A DNA stretch of 44,843 bases, taken from a virus (Duplodnaviria > Caudoviricetes). A program made the position numbers and the translations under genes. The notes below the pieces were generated by a model. That model ran no database searches. It saw nothing but the letters and a program-made list of their open reading frames with translations, and had not been told where the DNA came from. Positions 15,942 to 24,647 of this stretch are shown piece after piece. Where the stretch lies: positions 1 through 44,843 of IMG/VR virus record IMGVR_UViG_3300025018_000030; one strand, 5' to 3'. Numbering within the stretch: the first letter of the stretch is position 1; each line of letters opens with the position of its first letter.

Positions 15942-17897
15942 ATGGCAATAAATTCAGTTACAGCAAGAGTAGGTGTAGTACCTAATACTCCCGGTACGGG
16001 AACAAATCAGAGTGATCCGGCTGCTTCTCGATTAAGTACAACTCTCCCAGTTAGTACTACACTCGCAAGGGAAGTACAAAATAATCTTAAGTGGCAGCTA
16101 GGTGCAGACTGGAATTCCTGCCCAATGAACGAATTGCGCACTAGTTATATGTTCCTAGACTTAGCGTATTACATGGAAAGCGCAGAGCACCTTAAACAGA
16201 GTGATGCTAGAAAAATCATTACAACTCTTTATAAGGAAATGGAACTACCAATTCTCCAACCTAATATAGATGCAGCCCACGCGTACCTCGTAGGTACTTT
16301 CTTAAGTGGGAATCCTATTTTCGGCGTAGTAGGAGAAGGCACGGAGCGTACAGAAGCAGCAGCGCAGATGGAAGCAATTATCGAGGAGAACTCTCGTAGT
16401 ACTGGGTGGACTCGTCAACTTGGTCTGTGGCTTAAGAATGGTTTAAAATACAACGTGTGTGCAGTAGAAGTAGATTGGAAAGTACGACGCACTTTTAACA
16501 TGGCTACGGATACGAATATCTCCTTTACTCAAGCTTCTGTAACTGAGGCTTTCCGTTCTGGTAATGAGATACGATGCTTAGATATGTACAATACTGCATT
16601 TGATTCTAGTGTAGTACCTGCAGACGTACATACAACTGGAGACTTCTCTATTAATGTAGAGCGTATTACTCTTTCTCAGTGCCACCAGCGGGTAGCAGAC
16701 TTGAAAGCTAATGGTGGTTACATTATGAATGAGCACCTAATGTGGCAGCAAGGGAGTTCAGGCCCATATAGGAACTGGTATTATGAGCCAGCTATTCGCC
16801 AGAATAAACTTAAAACAGTAGGTACTGATTGGGTTACTTTTTTCACTGGTAACACCGCGCCTATGAGCAATGACCGTACTCGTAAGTACGAATGGATTAC
16901 TTACTTCCGCAGAATTATACCTTCTATGTTTGGAATGACCACAGTACCTGATGCGAATATGGTGCAGATTTGGAAGTTCGTAGAAGTAAATGGTAATATA
17001 ATCTTCGCAGAACGTAAGTCCAACGCGCATAATTACTTGCCTACTGTATTTGCACAACCTATTGAAGATTCTCTCGGATTACAAACTAAAGGAGTGGGGG
17101 ATAACCTACTTCCATTCCAGAACTTAACTGGCTCTATGTTCCGGGCTAGACTGGCAAGCTTAGCTCGTGCTCTAAGCGATCGTGGACTATATGACCCTTC
17201 TCGTATTGCTGAGAAGCATATTAATTCCCCACATCCTACTGCCAAGATACCTGTGAGGCCTTCCGCTTACGGAACAGATATAAGAGGAGCCTACTTTCCA
17301 GTACCGTATGATGATCGTAACGGCCAGATGCTATACCAAGATATTGGAGCGGTATCTAGCTGGGCTAGTGATGCCGCACATATTAACAAATCGCAGCGTG
17401 GGCAGTTTACTAAAGGTAACAGGACTCTCCAAGAGTACAATGATGTAATGGAGAATGCAGATGCTACGCAACAGGTAATGGCAATTCTGCTAGAAGCACA
17501 AGCTTTTGTACCTATGAAAACTATAATTAAAATCAATATACTGCAATACCAGAGTGTAGGTACACTACTCGATCCTAATACTAAGGATGCAGTAGAGATT
17601 AACCCAGCAGATTTGCGAGAAGCAATACTAGATTTTAAACTTGCAGACGGCTTACTCTCCAAAGATAAGATAATGGGAATTCCGGCATTACTAGAAGCTG
17701 CTCAAATTCTAGCTACGATTCAGCAATCTACTCCCGGAGTTCCTCCTAAGTATGATATAGTACGTATGATAGTAGATGGTTTATCTGCTCGCGGTGCCAA
17801 GCTCAAGCTATATGAGAATCCACCACAACCAGTAGCCCCCGCTGCCGGTACACCAACTGCAACTCCAGCACCTACTCCACAGATGCCAGTTGTGTAA
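15942..17897 (+). CDS. Portal protein
   Basis: 651 aa directly after TerL, podovirus-portal size, Pro-rich C-terminal tail; assignment mainly by synteny. Confidence 0.8.
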   Translation: MAINSVTARVGVVPNTPGTGTNQSDPAASRLSTTLPVSTTLAREVQNNLKWQLGADWNSCPMNELRTSYMFLDLAYYMESAEHLKQSDARKIITTLYKEMELPILQPNIDAAHAYLVGTFLSGNPIFGVVGEGTERTEAAAQMEAIIEENSRSTGWTRQLGLWLKNGLKYNVCAVEVDWKVRRTFNMATDTNISFTQASVTEAFRSGNEIRCLDMYNTAFDSSVVPADVHTTGDFSINVERITLSQCHQRVADLKANGGYIMNEHLMWQQGSSGPYRNWYYEPAIRQNKLKTVGTDWVTFFTGNTAPMSNDRTRKYEWITYFRRIIPSMFGMTTVPDANMVQIWKFVEVNGNIIFAERKSNAHNYLPTVFAQPIEDSLGLQTKGVGDNLLPFQNLTGSMFRARLASLARALSDRGLYDPSRIAEKHINSPHPTAKIPVRPSAYGTDIRGAYFPVPYDDRNGQMLYQDIGAVSSWASDAAHINKSQRGQFTKGNRTLQEYNDVMENADATQQVMAILLEAQAFVPMKTIIKINILQYQSVGTLLDPNTKDAVEINPADLREAILDFKLADGLLSKDKIMGIPALLEAAQILATIQQSTPGVPPKYDIVRMIVDGLSARGAKLKLYENPPQPVAPAAGTPTATPAPTPQMPVV

Positions 17898-18097
17898 CTT
17901 TCACTATGACTCGGATACAGTATTCTTTAGACTACTACTGAATACTCCCCGAGTTGATTTTCGAGAGGACAGCGACAGGAAACTCGTAGCCCGAATACTG
18001 TCACCGTAGGGAAACCCCGAAGCGAAGCGTAGCGGGTTGACAGTATGAGAGCAAGAGTATACTGGAGCGGCTCCGCGAGAGAATTGACGAGATTAGT
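17898..18097 (+). other. Structured 200-bp intergenic element (ncRNA, ssDNA signal or hairpin-embedded promoter)
   Basis: Stems ACTCGG/CCGAGT, AGTATTC/GAATACT, ATACTGTCA/TGACAGTAT; GCGAAGC mini-hairpin; TTGACA-15 bp-TATACT. Confidence 0.6.
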
Positions 18098-18442
18098 ATG
18101 ACTACTACACCTAATACTAGAATAAATTTAACTGATATAGACTTCCCAAAGTTTACAGAGCCTCAAATAAATTTCTTTCGAGAGTTTATTAGTCTATTGC
18201 AGCAAGATAGACTTAACCTTGACCCTATTGCAGTAGAGCCAGACTTATATAAAGCACAGTATATGAGTTTGCGAGGAGCAGAAGTACAGATTCAGTGGAT
18301 TATAGATGCTAATACCGCAGTACTGGATGCAGAACTTAATGAAAGAATCCACGGTAAGCAGTATGATCCACAGGCAGAACTCTTATCTGGTACGGAGAGC
18401 GATGTTGATATGAACATTGAGGATATAGTATCCTTATTGTAA
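18098..18442 (+). CDS. Small acidic hypothetical protein between portal and scaffold
   Basis: 114-aa ORF in the head module. Confidence 0.7.
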   Translation: MTTTPNTRINLTDIDFPKFTEPQINFFREFISLLQQDRLNLDPIAVEPDLYKAQYMSLRGAEVQIQWIIDANTAVLDAELNERIHGKQYDPQAELLSGTESDVDMNIEDIVSLL

Positions 18443-18485
18443 TAGTACCTTCTAGCACAACTTTAATTTTATTTGGAGTGTAATT

Positions 18486-19304
18486 ATGAAATACCTTAAT
18501 CGTAACAAACTATCTCGCCTTTCTGGACTTGGAGCAATTGTAGCTAATACTCCAGTAACTTTTGCAGGAGTTCCAGGAAATTTCAATTTTACAAATAACG
18601 CGGCGGCTGCTGCTCCAATGTCTGGTGGAGGGCATCAAGTTCCTACTCCTACAGCTTCCAAAGTAATACCCGGTATGCATAGTTCTTCACAAGCTGATCC
18701 TAATTCTCCACCTACACCTCCAGTACAGGGATCGTCCTCCCTTGATAAATATGCTGAATTCTTCAATAATAAGCCTAAGCCAGTAGACCAAGATGCACCA
18801 AAGCCTACTCCTACTGTACTTGATGCTACTAGTGCAGATTACCTGAAAACAGCAGGTAAGTTAGATTTTACTTCTGGTATTACTGCTGAACAGCGTGCGG
18901 CTATGAGTGCAGGTGGAGAGGATGGAGTATCTGCAATGTTAGAAGTAATTAATAACATAGGCAGACAGGTGTATGCACAAGCTGGTGCTACGGCTTCTCA
19001 AGTAGGTAAGAAAAGCTTAGAACTCTCAGATGCTCAAGTATCTCAGAAAATTAACCAGTCTTTAATACTTGCACAATCTTCCTCTGAGGTAGCAGCACTT
19101 AACCAGATGCTTAGTAATCCGATGTATAAGCCTATGGTATCTGCAATTCAGTCACACTTCTTGACAGTTAAACCAGATTTAAGTGCAAAAGAGCTGGCAG
19201 ACTTAACAGTAAGTTATTTTGCGGATATGGCTAAGCCAGCTGAGGCTCCTACTGATGAATCTGAGACATCTTCACTAGGTAAGTTTTTTGAAGGTATGTT
19301 TTAA
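18486..19304 (+). CDS. Scaffolding protein (putative)
   Basis: Immediately upstream of the MCP; Pro/Ser-rich disordered N-half and helical C-half. Confidence 0.65.
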   Translation: MKYLNRNKLSRLSGLGAIVANTPVTFAGVPGNFNFTNNAAAAAPMSGGGHQVPTPTASKVIPGMHSSSQADPNSPPTPPVQGSSSLDKYAEFFNNKPKPVDQDAPKPTPTVLDATSADYLKTAGKLDFTSGITAEQRAAMSAGGEDGVSAMLEVINNIGRQVYAQAGATASQVGKKSLELSDAQVSQKINQSLILAQSSSEVAALNQMLSNPMYKPMVSAIQSHFLTVKPDLSAKELADLTVSYFADMAKPAEAPTDESETSSLGKFFEGMF

Positions 19305-19382
19305 TAGTTAGTAATTTTCCGAGAGTAGTACTCCTATTCTCTTTTTAGTAAGCAACGGTAGAGTACTACCAAGGAGATATAA

Positions 19383-20585
19383 ATGCAGTTCTATTCGACT
19401 GACAATGTACCAACAGGATTAGAGCGTCGTAGTTACGCTGCTGGTATTACACGACTAATGCCTAATGGCGGCGCTCCGCTATTTGCCCTTTCCGGGTATG
19501 CCAAGAAAAAGACTGCTGTAGCTATTGAACATGGTTACTGGTCTAAGCGCATGATTTACCCATCTTGCACTGTTGACGGTATCCAAGCAATCGGAGCTAC
19601 CACTCTTGTTGTAACAGATTCCTCAGAGCTAGTTCCAGGCTCTATTCTACGATACCAAAAAGCTTACGCAGGTACTGCTGCAGTTCACACTGCGTTAGCT
19701 GAGTACATGCTAGTTACCAGTATTGTAGATGATACGCATATTGTAGTACAGCGCGGTTTCCAAGGCTCTACTGCTGCTGCAATTCCGGATGATACAGTAC
19801 TTGTACAAACTGGTAGTGCGTTTGAGCAAGGCTCTAATGCTCCGCAGACTCGTGCAGTTGCTCCTGTACGTAATATGAATTATACCCAAATCTTCCGGGA
19901 TGCTTGGGATATTACTGGTACTTTGGGTGCGGTGCAAATGGAAGCTGGGTATAACTCAGTATCTGAGAACAAAGGAGACTGTGCAGCATTCCACGCACAG
20001 GCTATTGAAAAGACTGCCTTCTTTGGCAAGAAAGGACTTACTACTTATAATGGTCGTCCTCTCTCTACTATGGATGGAGTTGAATCTCTGATTCAGCAGT
20101 ACGCACCTTCCCAGTTGTATGAAGCTGCTTCTACTACTACTTACGATCAGCTTGAGACTTATTTGAATCCTTGCTTTGATACTGTTACTGACGCAATGAA
20201 TGGTAATGTTCGTACTCTGTTCGTAGGCGGTGGCGCTCTCCAAGTTATCAATAACATTGGTAGACTGTCTGGTACTTACCAGATTATGGATGGTCAGACT
20301 GGTTTTGGATTGCAATTTAAGCAATTTAAAACTTCTCGCGGTACTTTCAACATGATCGAACATCCAATCTTTAATACTAATGAAGATTGGAAGCGTATGG
20401 CAGTATGCTTAGACTTGTCTAGTTTCGATTTTGCGTACTTGACTGGTCGAGATACTATGCACCAAGAAATGCACACAGGTACAGGTAAAGATGCTACTGG
20501 TGGAGTTCTGACTTCTGAACTTACTTTGGAGCTAACTAATCCGCAAGCTTGTGGTATTATCTATAATCTGCGCGCAGCCGCGTAA
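19383..20585 (+). CDS. Major capsid protein, DUF5309/SU10-type, with an inserted beta domain
   Basis: NYTQIFR motif, insertion containing VQRGFQGSTAAAI, very strong RBS AAGGAGATATAAATG, terminator downstream. Confidence 0.85.
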   Translation: MQFYSTDNVPTGLERRSYAAGITRLMPNGGAPLFALSGYAKKKTAVAIEHGYWSKRMIYPSCTVDGIQAIGATTLVVTDSSELVPGSILRYQKAYAGTAAVHTALAEYMLVTSIVDDTHIVVQRGFQGSTAAAIPDDTVLVQTGSAFEQGSNAPQTRAVAPVRNMNYTQIFRDAWDITGTLGAVQMEAGYNSVSENKGDCAAFHAQAIEKTAFFGKKGLTTYNGRPLSTMDGVESLIQQYAPSQLYEAASTTTYDQLETYLNPCFDTVTDAMNGNVRTLFVGGGALQVINNIGRLSGTYQIMDGQTGFGLQFKQFKTSRGTFNMIEHPIFNTNEDWKRMAVCLDLSSFDFAYLTGRDTMHQEMHTGTGKDATGGVLTSELTLELTNPQACGIIYNLRAAA

Positions 20586-20611
20586 GCAGTACTACTCCTG
20601 CTAGGAGGTCT

Positions 20612-20661
20612 GAGGAGGCAGTCTTGTAAGTCTATTCGTAGCATAGCTGCCTCCTCTTTTT
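20612..20661 (+). terminator. Rho-independent terminator after the MCP
   Basis: GAGGAGGCAG...CTGCCTCCTC 10-bp stem (25-nt loop) followed by TTTTT. Confidence 0.75.
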
Positions 20662-20681
20662 AAATTTACTGGGAGTTTAGT

Positions 20682-21266
20682 ATGGATATTGCTGCGTTGA
20701 CTGCTGCTGTTATTTCTGAAACTGGTAAGCCTCACCAATCTGCTCTTATTGAGCGTGCGGTAAAGTCAGTTATCTTGAAAGCGCACCAGTCTGATTACTA
20801 TCAACGGGATTTAACTTCTGATGATAACGTAGTTCCAGGCTCTCCTGCAATTGCTGTAGTTGAAGAATTACCTACAAGGTTCCGCAAGTTTGAGTCTATT
20901 GAGTTGTTAGACGCTAGTACTGGCGTTTCTTTAGGTAAGTACTTTGATCCTGTATTACCTAGTTCAAGTTTGCAGTATGATGGTAATTTAATTCCGTATC
21001 ACTATTGGGTAGAAGGAGCTAACGTAAAGCTATTTAGCGAGATTAGTATTGATCGCCTTGGCTGGAGTTGGTATCAGAATCCTGATTTGAGTACTACTGC
21101 AAAGACTACTTGGATTACGGCTAACTATGAACAAGATATAATTGATGGTGCATCTGCTTATGTATACTTAAAAGCTGGTGATAAAAGTTCTGCATCTATA
21201 TACGCAGACTTTTTTAACGGGTTTATTCGTAGACTTAGAGCAGAAAACTTACTTGTACAAATTTAA
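20682..21266 (+). CDS. Head-tail adaptor / tail tubular protein A-like
   Basis: 194 aa after the MCP; helical termini with a beta middle; assignment by synteny. Confidence 0.6.
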   Translation: MDIAALTAAVISETGKPHQSALIERAVKSVILKAHQSDYYQRDLTSDDNVVPGSPAIAVVEELPTRFRKFESIELLDASTGVSLGKYFDPVLPSSSLQYDGNLIPYHYWVEGANVKLFSEISIDRLGWSWYQNPDLSTTAKTTWITANYEQDIIDGASAYVYLKAGDKSSASIYADFFNGFIRRLRAENLLVQI

Positions 21267-21280
21267 TTGGAGTTAGAAAT

Positions 21281-21670
21281 ATGTCTACTGTAAAGACTAA
21301 TGCTGTAGTTGATCCTCAGAAATTCTTGGAGCCTGTAGAGTTCCTACGTCCTACGGTTATAGCTGTAGCTACTGGACTTACTGCAGGTACTACTCAGACT
21401 CAAGCCGGGGGTACTCCTATTACGGCAGTGTATACTGTAGTATCTACTACTGCTACTGCCTCTGATGGAGTTACACTTCCTAACGCGTATTTAGGTAATG
21501 TACTTCGGATTCGTAATGCCGGTGCACAAAACTTGAAAATTTGGCCAGCAGTCGGAGAGAAGTGTAACACTGGTACTACGGATGCTGCTGATGCTACTTT
21601 GCTTGCAACCACTGCTACCAGAACTTACGTATGCTTTGCTGACGGTGATTGGACAAATTTCGGCGTATAA
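21281..21670 (+). CDS. Virion structural protein, possible head decoration
   Basis: Thr/Ala/Gly-rich beta protein (TQAGGTPITA..SDGVTLP), followed by a terminator. Confidence 0.55.
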   Translation: MSTVKTNAVVDPQKFLEPVEFLRPTVIAVATGLTAGTTQTQAGGTPITAVYTVVSTTATASDGVTLPNAYLGNVLRIRNAGAQNLKIWPAVGEKCNTGTTDAADATLLATTATRTYVCFADGDWTNFGV

Positions 21671-21690
21671 GTTTCATGCGATGTACTTTG

Positions 21691-21716
21691 GGGAGTCTTA
21701 GGACTCCCTTCTTTTT
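21691..21716 (+). terminator. Rho-independent terminator
   Basis: GGGAGTC-TTAG-GACTCCC followed by TTCTTTTT. Confidence 0.85.
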
Positions 21717-21758
21717 ATCTGCATTCCGCCTGTATAGGCAATAATTGAGGATACCAAA

Positions 21759-22334
21759 GTGAAAGATGCAATTTCGTTTCGTACTAACATTTTTAAATCT
21801 ACTTTGGTTCGTCCAAGTAATACCACAGCGTACTCTGCAGGCGACGTACTAGCCGCTGTTACTACTAATTCTTGTTTTGTGTTAGGGGAACCTTGGGCAG
21901 AATTGAGTCCTGCACTGGTAGATGCTAGTGCTGCTCGTCGAAACTCTGAAACACAATCAGGTAGTATTGACTGGCTCATGCTGGTGTCATCTGCAAATGC
22001 TACTACCAAAATGACTGGGGAGGTTTGGGTATTCAACTCTGTACCAGTACTGATTTCTGATAACAGCGGATTCACGCAGACTAACACTTTCATGGAAGAC
22101 TCATTGGTAGGGGTATTTCCCTTCCGTGCAGTAGATTGGGTAGTTGGTAATCCTGCTGCTGGTGCTTCTGGTAACGCAATCTGTATGATTCCTGAGAGTA
22201 CCCGCGTATTCCAGCTGCCTCCCTACGGTGCTATCCACACTGGGCAGTTGTACGCGATGCTAGTAATGCGAGAAGCGTACACTCCGGTAAGTGGTGAGCG
22301 TATCACACTGCGAGCTTCTGTAACTAAAGATTAA
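21759..22334 (+). CDS. Virion/tail-associated beta protein
   Basis: 191 aa, GAGGA RBS with GTG start, N-terminal RPSNTTAYSAGDV, position in the tail module. Confidence 0.6.
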   Translation: MKDAISFRTNIFKSTLVRPSNTTAYSAGDVLAAVTTNSCFVLGEPWAELSPALVDASAARRNSETQSGSIDWLMLVSSANATTKMTGEVWVFNSVPVLISDNSGFTQTNTFMEDSLVGVFPFRAVDWVVGNPAAGASGNAICMIPESTRVFQLPPYGAIHTGQLYAMLVMREAYTPVSGERITLRASVTKD

Positions 22335-22343
22335 GGTGATACT

Positions 22344-22553
22344 ATGGGTGCGGAAAGACTCAGAAGGCGACATGGCGGTGGTGCAGGCGGTGGTGGAGGT
22401 ATACCTCCCAATCTGCTGTATGCGCCATACACTGACTTGGCCTCTGTACTCCAGCAAGTGCCAAATGTTTTCACTCCAGCGCTAGGCGGTAAGGTAGTCA
22501 CAGCAGATACCTACACTGACTTAGCTGACTCTGTATTCACTGTATTCGTATAG
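22344..22553 (+). CDS. 69-aa Gly-rich protein, possibly a truncated fibre N-terminus
   Basis: TAAGGTGAT RBS; RRRHGGGAGGGGG; internal YTDLA repeat. Confidence 0.55.
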   Translation: MGAERLRRRHGGGAGGGGGIPPNLLYAPYTDLASVLQQVPNVFTPALGGKVVTADTYTDLADSVFTVFV

Positions 22554-22563
22554 GAGCCTAATC

Positions 22564-24579
22564 ATGGCAGATAAAGAAATAGTTGGCTGGCTTCCCAGTA
22601 CTTCAGAGTTTGAGGCAATACAATCTGGAGATACAGGTCTGATAGAAGGTTCCTTGGATATTGACGAGGACTTGGAAATAGGTGGCGATCTGGCACTTGG
22701 CGGGGAACTGATCGTTGCTGGTAGTTCCATGAACGCAAGGATAAACCCTAAAGCGTTCTCTCAAGGCATCGCTATGACCGCAGGAGCGGGGACGGGTATT
22801 GTGGTTGCGGATGGGGTTGAGGTTGATGATGGCGTGAATGATTTTCTGAAGGCGCGAACTTACATTTTAGAAACAACAAGACCTCCATCCGATATAGTTC
22901 TCTCTAAGAAGCATGACGGTACAACTGGCTATATTCTGATACTGAGAACAACGGGTGTTATTCGACTGACGCTGAACGGATTACATTTTGACTCTACAGT
23001 TGCTCTTGCTGAAGGCACGAACGTCTCTATAAACATTTCTCCTAAAGTCGTCAGAGAAACTACCTCCTCGGCTGGCTCAGCATCGTTTTATGTAAACGGT
23101 GTTATCTTGGGGTCGGCTGTTACAATTGCGGCGCACGATGACACTGAACTCGTCACTAATGGTAGCTTTGCAACTGACACCGATTGGACAAAGGGAGCAG
23201 GGTGGACGATTGCGGCCGGTGTTGCCACTGCAACTGCGGCGCTACACGGCTCAAGCCTTGATCAAAGTGTTGGCTTTGTTGCCGGTTATACCTACACGCT
23301 TACCTTTGATATTACCGGCTACTCTGCAGGCAGTTTGACTATTTATGCAGCAGCGGAACTTGGCGGAGGCGCGACTCTCGTCGGCACAAGTGTAATATCT
23401 GGCGATGGCTCCTATGCCCTGACCTTCACGGTCATCAATACCGGCAATCTGATAGTGCTGCAATCGATGGGAATACCAGATGCCGCTACCTACAACATCG
23501 ACAACGTATCGATAAGAAAATCAAATTCAATATCGAACTCTGCCAGCCAGTACGAGCTTGGAACAAGCTCGGCTATAACAGGTGGAATCGTTAGCGAGGT
23601 TGCAGATATCAACTTCGCCCCCACAGACTCCCAGATACTAGACTGGTACACAAACGGGCTTCCTGCTGCTTGGCAGTATGGGAGTAATGTGCCGGTGTAT
23701 GAGAGTGATTTTAGTGCTACAGCAGGTGGATTCACCGGCAATGCAGGGGCTGTAGCAGGAAACATAGACGGGATAGGAGCAGAGAACGACTGGCTACGAT
23801 TTACTGTTGACGCAACTCTTGACTCGCACTTTGCTAGGCTAGCTAGTATTCTTGCGGCAAATACACTATACAGGGTCTATTTTCTTTATTACATACCGTC
23901 AGGGCAGGCCTATATTAACGGCGTAGGATTTAACTATAATAGTGGCGGAACATCTGCCGGGATTGGCAACACAACAGGTTCTGTTGCCGCTTTTTCGGCA
24001 GAGTTTGAATCAGGAGGCTCCGCATCTGACTTAAGGTTCTATGCTTACGATGATAATAGCACTGTTTTTCAAGACCCGTCAGGAACAGAGGTTTTTTACA
24101 TCAAGGACATAATTATCGCAAAACTCGGCGCCACAGTCCACCTCCCCCCTGAAGGCATAGACGCTTCCCTGCAGTGGAAAGGCGCAGCTAATAAAGTACA
24201 CGCCATGCTTCCAGTTGCTGGTGCGACACCAACTCGGATGGTGAAGGAGTTCGAGATTCGCTGGACTAACACTTGGAATGGTACTCATGAACTTCAATAC
24301 ATTGGAGGCCTGAACCAGTCCATACTTCCAGCAAACGCGTACATCGAATCCATAGTCGGTACGGTTTCTGGTGCTACTCCGCATGATATTATAGTGGGGG
24401 ACGGTAGTGATACTGATCGCTATGTGGCACTTACTACTGCTCTTGCAGCTGAAACTCAGAGCTTTACTCTCGTCAACAGAACTACTGACGGCACGAACCT
24501 CAAACTTACTGTAGACCCGGACACCAATGCTACTATGAGTATCGCGTGGGTTATTCGTGGCTACACTCTGGAAACTTAA
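22564..24579 (+). CDS. Tail fibre/receptor-binding protein with LamG-like and carbohydrate-binding-module-like domains
   Basis: 671 aa, beta-rich; FYVNGV (LamG-like) and ELVTNGSF..W....W...DNVSIRK (CBM-like); atypical codon usage. Confidence 0.7.
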   Translation: MADKEIVGWLPSTSEFEAIQSGDTGLIEGSLDIDEDLEIGGDLALGGELIVAGSSMNARINPKAFSQGIAMTAGAGTGIVVADGVEVDDGVNDFLKARTYILETTRPPSDIVLSKKHDGTTGYILILRTTGVIRLTLNGLHFDSTVALAEGTNVSINISPKVVRETTSSAGSASFYVNGVILGSAVTIAAHDDTELVTNGSFATDTDWTKGAGWTIAAGVATATAALHGSSLDQSVGFVAGYTYTLTFDITGYSAGSLTIYAAAELGGGATLVGTSVISGDGSYALTFTVINTGNLIVLQSMGIPDAATYNIDNVSIRKSNSISNSASQYELGTSSAITGGIVSEVADINFAPTDSQILDWYTNGLPAAWQYGSNVPVYESDFSATAGGFTGNAGAVAGNIDGIGAENDWLRFTVDATLDSHFARLASILAANTLYRVYFLYYIPSGQAYINGVGFNYNSGGTSAGIGNTTGSVAAFSAEFESGGSASDLRFYAYDDNSTVFQDPSGTEVFYIKDIIIAKLGATVHLPPEGIDASLQWKGAANKVHAMLPVAGATPTRMVKEFEIRWTNTWNGTHELQYIGGLNQSILPANAYIESIVGTVSGATPHDIIVGDGSDTDRYVALTTALAAETQSFTLVNRTTDGTNLKLTVDPDTNATMSIAWVIRGYTLET

Positions 24580-24645
24580 GGAGCTAAAGCTAAAGTAGAA
24601 AAAGAAATTAACTCTACTCTTGCGGCACCTGTATCTGAGAACTAG
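24580..24645 (+). pseudogene. Probable 3' remnant of a deleted gene
   Basis: AAGGAG with no start codon, then 21 sense codons (GAKAKVEKEINSTLAAPVSEN) ending in TAG just before the next ATG. Confidence 0.35.
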
Positions 24646-24647
24646 TT

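Noticed and set aside
17898-18097. tRNA, or group I/II intron, in the structured gap
   Set aside because: No cloverleaf or T-loop consensus, the flanking genes appear intact, and the gap is short for a self-splicing intron.
22564-24579. Diversity-generating retroelement or invertible tail-fibre cassette
   Set aside because: No reverse transcriptase, no template/variable repeat pair, and no invertase or flanking inverted repeats seen.
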